From: Spirochaetia bacterium
GTDB taxonomy: Bacteria > Spirochaetota > Spirochaetia > DSM-2461
Length of the DNA stretch: 64,000 nt
Assembly (NCBI GenBank): GCA_963666985.2
Contig: CAXXIA010000002.1
Span: 576,001 to 640,000 of the forward strand
Direction of reading: 5' to 3'
Part shown: one piece after another, positions 58,298 through 64,000 of the stretch
How positions within the stretch are numbered: position 1 is the stretch's first letter
How the letters are laid out: the number at the start of each line of letters is the position of its first letter
Translations under genes and position numbers: made by a program
The notes under the pieces: generated by a model
Databases searched by the model: none
What the model was told of the DNA's origin: nothing
The model's input: only the letters and a program-made list of their open reading frames with translations

Positions 58298-58789
58298 ATG
58301 AGTGATAACAATCCGTACAAGGCACCGGAAACAGTTGCCGCGGCTACGGCGGCCGGAGGCGACCTGGTTCTCCCGGAGAACATTCGCCAACCGATTCTTA
58401 AATCGGCGCCGTGGAAGCGATTTCTCGGAATTGTCTTGTTTATTTCATCGGGACTCTTAGTCGTCCTCGGTCTTCTGTTCATGGTAGGGGTTTCATTCCT
58501 CACCTCGGCGTTCGGCGCGGCGGGCCTGGGCGCGGGGATGTCGATTTTCATGGGTCTTATCTACATAGGCATGGGAGTTCTCTATCTTTTTCCGGGGCTT
58601 TACCTCTTCCGATCGGGAAAGGCGCTCAGGAGTTTTCAGGAGAGTACCGCCTCCGACGATCTGGCTTCATCGGCACAGTCAATGTCGAAGTTTTGGAAGT
58701 TCTGCGGGATTCTGGCCATCATCGGCCTTTCCTTCACGGCCGTCGCCATTGTCATAGCAATCATCGCCGCCATTATCGCCGCGATCTGA
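58298..58789 (+). CDS. DUF5362-like membrane protein
   Basis: 'NPYKAP', 'APW.RFLGI', 'LYLFPGLYLFR' and 'FWKFCGI'; three TM helices. Confidence 0.75.
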   Translation: MSDNNPYKAPETVAAATAAGGDLVLPENIRQPILKSAPWKRFLGIVLFISSGLLVVLGLLFMVGVSFLTSAFGAAGLGAGMSIFMGLIYIGMGVLYLFPGLYLFRSGKALRSFQESTASDDLASSAQSMSKFWKFCGILAIIGLSFTAVAIVIAIIAAIIAAI

Positions 58790-58796
58790 CGGAATT

Positions 58797-59522
58797 TTGG
58801 ACGAACCGGAAACAGACACTCGTCTGTCGGTGGTAAACCCCGAAGGCGTGGCCTATTCGCTGCGCCCCGCGGGGTTTATACCGCGTACCCTGGCCTACGC
58901 CTTGGATTCAATCATCATCTGGATCTTCCTTGCCGTTATCCTCGCTCTCGCTTCCGCCGCGGGCATGGATTCAGGGAATTGGCTGATTTTCCTGATCGCA
59001 TTCGCGGTGAATTGGTTCTACTTCACCATTTGGGAGATTTTCGGAAGAGGCGCCACTCCGGGCAAGCTTCTTTTCGGACTTAAGGTTGTCGCGGACGACG
59101 GTTCCCCGGTCTCTCCGGGCGCTTCATTCACACGGAATCTTCTGCGCTTCGCGGACGGATTTCTCGGGCTCTACATCATCGGGATTCTCTGCAGCATGTT
59201 CAGCCCCGGATTCAGGCGTCTTGGAGATTGGGGCGCCTCGACATTGGTGGTTTTGGTTCGTCCCAACCGGAGACTCGCAGGCCGAATCAACTTCCCCGAG
59301 ACCATCCTTCCTCGGACTTCCAAAACGCCGCTTAGGGGTGAAGAAAAAGCCCTGGTCCTCTCCTTTCTGAAACGCTGCAATCTCTTCGGAAAAGACAGAG
59401 CCGACGAAATCGCGTCCCGAATCGTTCCGGCCATCACTTCCGATTCAAAGGACGCCGCCAATCCCGGAGAATATCTTATCGGTCTGGGTCTTGGTCTTCT
59501 TGAAAAGGATGCCGGCCGATGA
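58797..59522 (+). CDS. RDD-family membrane protein
   Basis: 'PEGV...AG..PR.LAYALD', 'GATPGK..FGLKVV' and 'RRLGD..A.T.VV'. Confidence 0.94.
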   Translation: MDEPETDTRLSVVNPEGVAYSLRPAGFIPRTLAYALDSIIIWIFLAVILALASAAGMDSGNWLIFLIAFAVNWFYFTIWEIFGRGATPGKLLFGLKVVADDGSPVSPGASFTRNLLRFADGFLGLYIIGILCSMFSPGFRRLGDWGASTLVVLVRPNRRLAGRINFPETILPRTSKTPLRGEEKALVLSFLKRCNLFGKDRADEIASRIVPAITSDSKDAANPGEYLIGLGLGLLEKDAGR

Positions 59523-60481
59523 ACCAGGGAGATTTCATCGAAAAACGCCGCGGTGAATGGGCCTGGATGGAAGAAACAATAATCATGGGACGCCGGGATT
59601 TCTCCGTCAGGGCTTCGAAATTCCCTTCGGTCTACAGACGCATCATCAGGGATCTGAACATCGCCCGCACCGAGGACTTCGATCCTTCACTCATTGATAG
59701 GCTGGACCGGATGGTTCTTGAGGGACATGGCCGTCTTTATCAAGACAGACGGATACGGTGGAAAGTCATCCCGGATTTTATCGCCTTCGGTTTCCCCTCG
59801 GCGGTCCGGAGGGAATGGAAGCTGCTGATCTCATTCACGGCGGCTTTTATTCTGGTGGCTCTTCTTTCCGGCCTTCTGGTGCATAAATCACCCTGGATTT
59901 TCGCCCAATGGTTCTCTCCGGACGTCGCGCTTAATCTCGAAGAGATGTACGATCCTTCATCGGAACATTACCTTACGCCGCGTGAGGTTACCGGAGATGC
60001 GGATATGTTCGGATTCTACATCTACAACAACATCTCCATCGCGTTCCAAACCTTCGCCTCCGGGATTCTCCTGGGATTCGGCAGCATCCTTTACCTGATG
60101 TACAACGGCGCTTTCCTGGGAGCCACCTGCGCGTACATGATAAGCCTGAATTTTACACAAACTTTTTTCTCCTTCATTTCCGGGCACGGCGCCGTTGAAC
60201 TTACGGCGTTTATTTTCGCGGGCGCCGCCGGATGGCGCCTGGGCATGGTGCTTATCCGCCCTCCTTTCCGACTTTCCCGCAAAGAAGGCTTTAAGGTTGT
60301 GGGGAAAAGAGTTCTGCCCCTGATCTGCGGGGCGGCGGCTTTTCTGGTGCTCGCCGCCGGGATTGAAGCGTTCTGGTCTTCCCGCCCCTTTCCGCCGGCA
60401 ATGAAATATTCTTTCGGCGCTTTTATGCTGATCGTCACGCTCGTGTATTTCATCTTCTCCGGAAGGAACTCCCGTGTTTGA
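59519..60481 (+). CDS. Stage II sporulation protein M (DUF95)-family membrane protein
   Basis: 'FYIYNNI', 'YNG..LG', 'HGAVEL' and 'AAGIEAF'. Confidence 0.93.
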   Translation: MNQGDFIEKRRGEWAWMEETIIMGRRDFSVRASKFPSVYRRIIRDLNIARTEDFDPSLIDRLDRMVLEGHGRLYQDRRIRWKVIPDFIAFGFPSAVRREWKLLISFTAAFILVALLSGLLVHKSPWIFAQWFSPDVALNLEEMYDPSSEHYLTPREVTGDADMFGFYIYNNISIAFQTFASGILLGFGSILYLMYNGAFLGATCAYMISLNFTQTFFSFISGHGAVELTAFIFAGAAGWRLGMVLIRPPFRLSRKEGFKVVGKRVLPLICGAAAFLVLAAGIEAFWSSRPFPPAMKYSFGAFMLIVTLVYFIFSGRNSRV

Positions 60482-62105
60482 TAAAACGGCCCTGGACCTG
60501 CGGGAGCGATCCGGTTTCGAAGCTCTGGACGGCGGTCTGTTACTCTATAGAAAATACTTCATTACAATTCAGTCCGGGATATTTCCGCTCTATCTTCCCT
60601 TCATCATCGCCATCGGATTCGTTCCGAGAAGTTTTCTCTGGATTCCGGCTTTGGCCCTTTGGCTCTTCACGCCGCTGCTCGGACATTTGGCCCTGAGACC
60701 CATCGCCCATACGTTCTTTCAGCTTCCCGGAAAGGCGCCGTGGAAAGGAACGCTCCGGGGCGCGCTCGGGAATGTAACTTGGCGCCGATTTTCACCTTGG
60801 CGGCATTATATTCTCCCCGTCAGAGTTTTGGAGGGTCTCCAAGGGAAACGACTGCGTAAAAGGATCTCTTATATCCGGGGAGGCGATCTTGGCACGGCAT
60901 TCGCTTTAAATGCCGTGGTTTTTGTCTGTATCATCGGAATGATCGGCGGAATGATTGTATTTACCGCCGCCATGTTTAATTTCGTACCTTTCGCCTTTCA
61001 TCAAAATCTCGACTTCCAGTCACCGGGTGTCTGGCATGCCGTTGTCATTACCTACGCACTCCTGCTGGGACTCTTTGAGCCGGCCGCGACAGCCATGGGC
61101 TTCGCGCTCTACATCAACCGAAGAATTTCTTTGGAAGGATGGGATTTGGAGATTGCATTCTCCCGATGGGCCGATCGGCTCTCGAATCGCGGAACAGGTC
61201 TTCTTGTTCTTCTCATTCTGCTTATCCTGCCCTTCAAACCGGCCGGACTCAATGCGGCGGAAGGAATCTCAAGCACCGTACCCAAAGAATCTCTGGAATC
61301 CGTTCTATCCGATAAAGACTTCGGCGGTGAGCGCGAACGCACGGGGCTCAGGTGGAAAACGACTCCGGAAGCGGACGAATCCGTCTGGAAGAATCTTTTC
61401 AATTCCCTGGGACGAAAAAGGCCTTCCTTTGCGGCCGAGACATTACGGATTTTGGTGATCGCGCTTATCGCCGCGGCGCTTATCTTTCTTGTTTGGATGA
61501 ACCGAGGGAGTCTTTCGGCCGTCTTTCACCGCCGAATACCCGTAACGGAAAAAGAACCTCCGCCGAGAACCTCGCCCCCATCCGCCGCGGGATACAACCG
61601 AATTGACGCACGGAATCTCTATAACAAAGGCCTCATCAGGGAAGCCTGGGCCATGATGTATGCCGGCGCCGTGGAAGCCGCCGCGAAGAACATCGGCGAT
61701 ACACCCGGTTCCGAGGCAACGGAAGGCGAATGGATTCGCTGTCTGAAAACCTCCTCCGCTGCCGTCACGGTACCGGCTTTTGCCGCGGATTCATCCGCTT
61801 TTTCGCAAGCGGCCCTCTCTCCGAAAAGGGAAAAAAGCTGGGCCGAAATCCACGGCGAAAAACTCGCCGCAATCATCGATCGATGGAGAATCGCGGCCTA
61901 CGCCCATCGCGATCCCGGAGAATCGGCATTCCGCGAAGCCCTGGCGGCTCTCGACGCTCTTGACGGCTTTGACGGAGAAATCGGTATACACGGAAAAATA
62001 ACGCACGGAAACGCTCCGAATACCGAGCCGCTCACCGACAAATCAACTCCCGATAGATCCCCGGCCGAAACTTCATCTCCGAACGGCCAAGGCGGCCCCT
62101 TATGA
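60474..62105 (+). CDS. Membrane protein with a C-terminal DUF4129-like domain
   Basis: 'EALDGG', 'LYINRRI.LEGWDLE.AF' and 'ATEGE...W...AYA'. Confidence 0.85.
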   Translation: MFDKTALDLRERSGFEALDGGLLLYRKYFITIQSGIFPLYLPFIIAIGFVPRSFLWIPALALWLFTPLLGHLALRPIAHTFFQLPGKAPWKGTLRGALGNVTWRRFSPWRHYILPVRVLEGLQGKRLRKRISYIRGGDLGTAFALNAVVFVCIIGMIGGMIVFTAAMFNFVPFAFHQNLDFQSPGVWHAVVITYALLLGLFEPAATAMGFALYINRRISLEGWDLEIAFSRWADRLSNRGTGLLVLLILLILPFKPAGLNAAEGISSTVPKESLESVLSDKDFGGERERTGLRWKTTPEADESVWKNLFNSLGRKRPSFAAETLRILVIALIAAALIFLVWMNRGSLSAVFHRRIPVTEKEPPPRTSPPSAAGYNRIDARNLYNKGLIREAWAMMYAGAVEAAAKNIGDTPGSEATEGEWIRCLKTSSAAVTVPAFAADSSAFSQAALSPKREKSWAEIHGEKLAAIIDRWRIAAYAHRDPGESAFREALAALDALDGFDGEIGIHGKITHGNAPNTEPLTDKSTPDRSPAETSSPNGQGGPL

Positions 62106-63508
62106 TCCGGATAAACCGCCTCCTTATCATTGCCGTTCCCGCCCTTATCCTCGGAGCCGTCGGCTTCCGCTTAACCCGAGATTTGGAGCGATACGAATAT
62201 ACCGATACAAAAGGATATTCCCGCCGGGCCCGTGAAGACAGCTTCCTGGCGCTGCGGCGCTGGACGGGAATGAACGGAATAATCCTTGAAGAAAAACGAA
62301 CGGACGATCTTACGAATTATGACTCCATCCTTATAAACTGCTCCCTCCTTAATGATTCGATTTTTGCAATGGAGCTTCGGTTCTGGGTGATGAACGGCGG
62401 ACATCTGACTCTTTTCGCAACCCAATACGGCCAATCGGAGAAGAATTTGGAAACGGTGAATGAGTTCCTCTCCGAATTCGGCTTGAGCACGTCCGTTCAA
62501 TTTCATCCGGAAGCGCAATGGGGCATGGAGAATGAGACCCGTCTCCGGTATACGGAAAAGGATGAATGGATCGTTACGGTTTCGCCGATTCTCCGGATAA
62601 TCCCCGAAGAGCTGCCGCCGGATGCATTCTTCGTACCGTACGGCGATATCGAAGATGACGACGCGGACAACATGGATAACGCGGACGGCGACGAGAAAAC
62701 CGGCTTCCGCCTGCTCTCCTTTCCCGCCGAAAGCGGCCGGCTGACCATAACAGGCGATCCTCTCTTTCTGCGGAACGAGTACATCGGCGAATCGGATAAC
62801 GCCCTCCTTGCCTGGGAACTCATCACGGCCGGTTCGAGGAAGGGTCGGATTCTCTTCCTACCCGATGCAAAAAAAGCCGCGCCCTTCGCGGACAATCCTT
62901 GGGCCGTCGCCGTACCCGCCGCCCTTTTCTCGGCGCTCATCCTGGCGGCCTGGACGGCCTTGGTTCGGAGGGACGCGCTTTTGGATGAGAAACAGCCCGC
63001 CGGAAGCGACATCAGGCGCCGCCTGAAAGCCGAAGGAAACTTTTACCGAACCTACGGCTGTACCGAAACCTACCTCACGGCCTGTCGTAAAAATGCTCTT
63101 CGGAGGCTCCGGAGGCGGGGTTTCGCAGACTCGGAAGGCCGTATAGACACAGAAGCCCTCTCCCGGAAACTCCATCGTGATCCGGCGGCGCTGGAGAGAG
63201 CCTTTACGGCAAATCCCAATTCCGAAAGCCGCCGCGATTCGATCCGACTTTTTTCAAAACCCAAACGCCGCGGTGCTTTCAACCGAGAAAACGACGGCCG
63301 CGATACAACTCGGCTGTTCTCAAGCCGCCGCCGAACAAACCGGAATGCCGACAGCGGCACCGCCGATCAACGTCCATCAAGTCTCGGCATCCCCGCCCGC
63401 GGATTTCCCGGCCGCCTGCTTAAAGACCGCCGCCATACCCCCGCCCGCAGCAAAAAGCGATTCATCGAAATGATGCAGATATTCCGCGACATCAAGGAAG
63501 TAATATGA
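62102..63508 (+). CDS. DUF4350-like protein with an Arg-rich C-terminal insertion
   Basis: N-terminal anchor, 'WV.NGGHL', 'G.L...D..FL.N..IG..DNA.LAW'; conserved position just before moxR. Confidence 0.8.
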   Translation: MIRINRLLIIAVPALILGAVGFRLTRDLERYEYTDTKGYSRRAREDSFLALRRWTGMNGIILEEKRTDDLTNYDSILINCSLLNDSIFAMELRFWVMNGGHLTLFATQYGQSEKNLETVNEFLSEFGLSTSVQFHPEAQWGMENETRLRYTEKDEWIVTVSPILRIIPEELPPDAFFVPYGDIEDDDADNMDNADGDEKTGFRLLSFPAESGRLTITGDPLFLRNEYIGESDNALLAWELITAGSRKGRILFLPDAKKAAPFADNPWAVAVPAALFSALILAAWTALVRRDALLDEKQPAGSDIRRRLKAEGNFYRTYGCTETYLTACRKNALRRLRRRGFADSEGRIDTEALSRKLHRDPAALERAFTANPNSESRRDSIRLFSKPKRRGAFNRENDGRDTTRLFSSRRRTNRNADSGTADQRPSSLGIPARGFPGRLLKDRRHTPARSKKRFIEMMQIFRDIKEVI

Positions 63509-64000
63509 ACGAAAACAGAGAACACATGAGCGAACTGGCGAACGCCGTCATCACCGAAGTCTCCAAAGCCTTCCTCGGCCAGGAGGAAATCCTCAAACAG
63601 ACGATGATGTCCCTCATCGCCGGAGGACACGTCCTCGTGGAAGGCATCCCCGGACTCGGGAAAACCCTTCTGGTCCGCTCCCTGGCCAAAGCCTTCGGAG
63701 GCGAATCACACCGGGTCCAATTCACACCGGACCTGATGCCCAGCGACATCACCGGCCATTTGATGTACGACGCAGGAACATCCCAATTCCACATCCGCAA
63801 AGGACCCGTCTTCACCCATCTGCTCATTGCCGACGAAATCAACAGAGCACCGGCCAAAACCCAATCGGCCCTCTTCGAAGCGATGCAGGAATATCAGGTG
63901 AGCATCGACGGAACACCCTACAACCTGCCCCGCCCCTTCATGACGCTGGCCACGCAGAACCCCTTCGAGCACGAAGGCACCTATCCTCTGCCGGACGCCC
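63505..64000 (+). CDS. moxR: MoxR-family AAA+ ATPase, 5' part (runs off the window; not in the ORF track)
   Basis: Translated by hand from ATG 63505: 'GHVLVEGIPGLGKT', 'RVQFTPDLMPSD', 'DEINRAPAKTQSAL.EAMQE' and 'ATQNP.E.EGTYPLP'. Confidence 0.96.
   Translation, partial: MNENREHMSELANAVITEVSKAFLGQEEILKQTMMSLIAGGHVLVEGIPGLGKTLLVRSLAKAFGGESHRVQFTPDLMPSDITGHLMYDAGTSQFHIRKGPVFTHLLIADEINRAPAKTQSALFEAMQEYQVSIDGTPYNLPRPFMTLATQNPFEHEGTYPLPDA

Noticed and set aside
59519..60481. Evidence of sporulation from the SpoIIM-family gene
   Set aside because: DUF95 proteins in RDD/MoxR operons are widespread in non-sporulating bacteria.

Overview
Gene-dense bacterial chromosomal window, most likely from a free-living anaerobic spirochaete (inference: the solute-binding proteins begin with Cys-less 'FA(G/S/E)G..E' N-termini). 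About 60 CDSs, mostly nutrient-scavenging operons, each with a local regulator and often a visible operator. In order: (1) CUT1 ABC transporter with a YesM-like sensor kinase, divergent from an atypical nucleoside phosphorylase; (2) glgP with a small DUF5752-like gene; (3) LacI-controlled tctA-tctC-tctB-aroA-permease operon whose AroA has an altered shikimate-3-phosphate pocket; (4) LacI-controlled CUT1 ABC, unknown alpha/alpha-barrel protein and GH2 beta-glucuronidase; (5) LysR, flavodoxin, TetR and an internally deleted PaiA-like GNAT pseudogene; (6) GntR-xdhAB-BMP ABC-deaminase purine operon; (7) FadR-controlled BON-GlpA-like dehydrogenase, flavoprotein, DUF1667, FGGY kinase, alkyl-DHAP-synthase-like enzyme and large beta-propeller lipoprotein, a candidate O2-independent glycerol-ether pathway; (8) AT-richer block with SDR, tandem Lrp, SnoaL/NTF2 enzyme, TRAP and GlcG; (9) start of the RDD-SpoIIM-DUF4129-DUF4350-MoxR operon. 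No rRNA, tRNA, CRISPR array, integrase or transposase was recognised. All family calls come from motif recognition by eye, not database searches.
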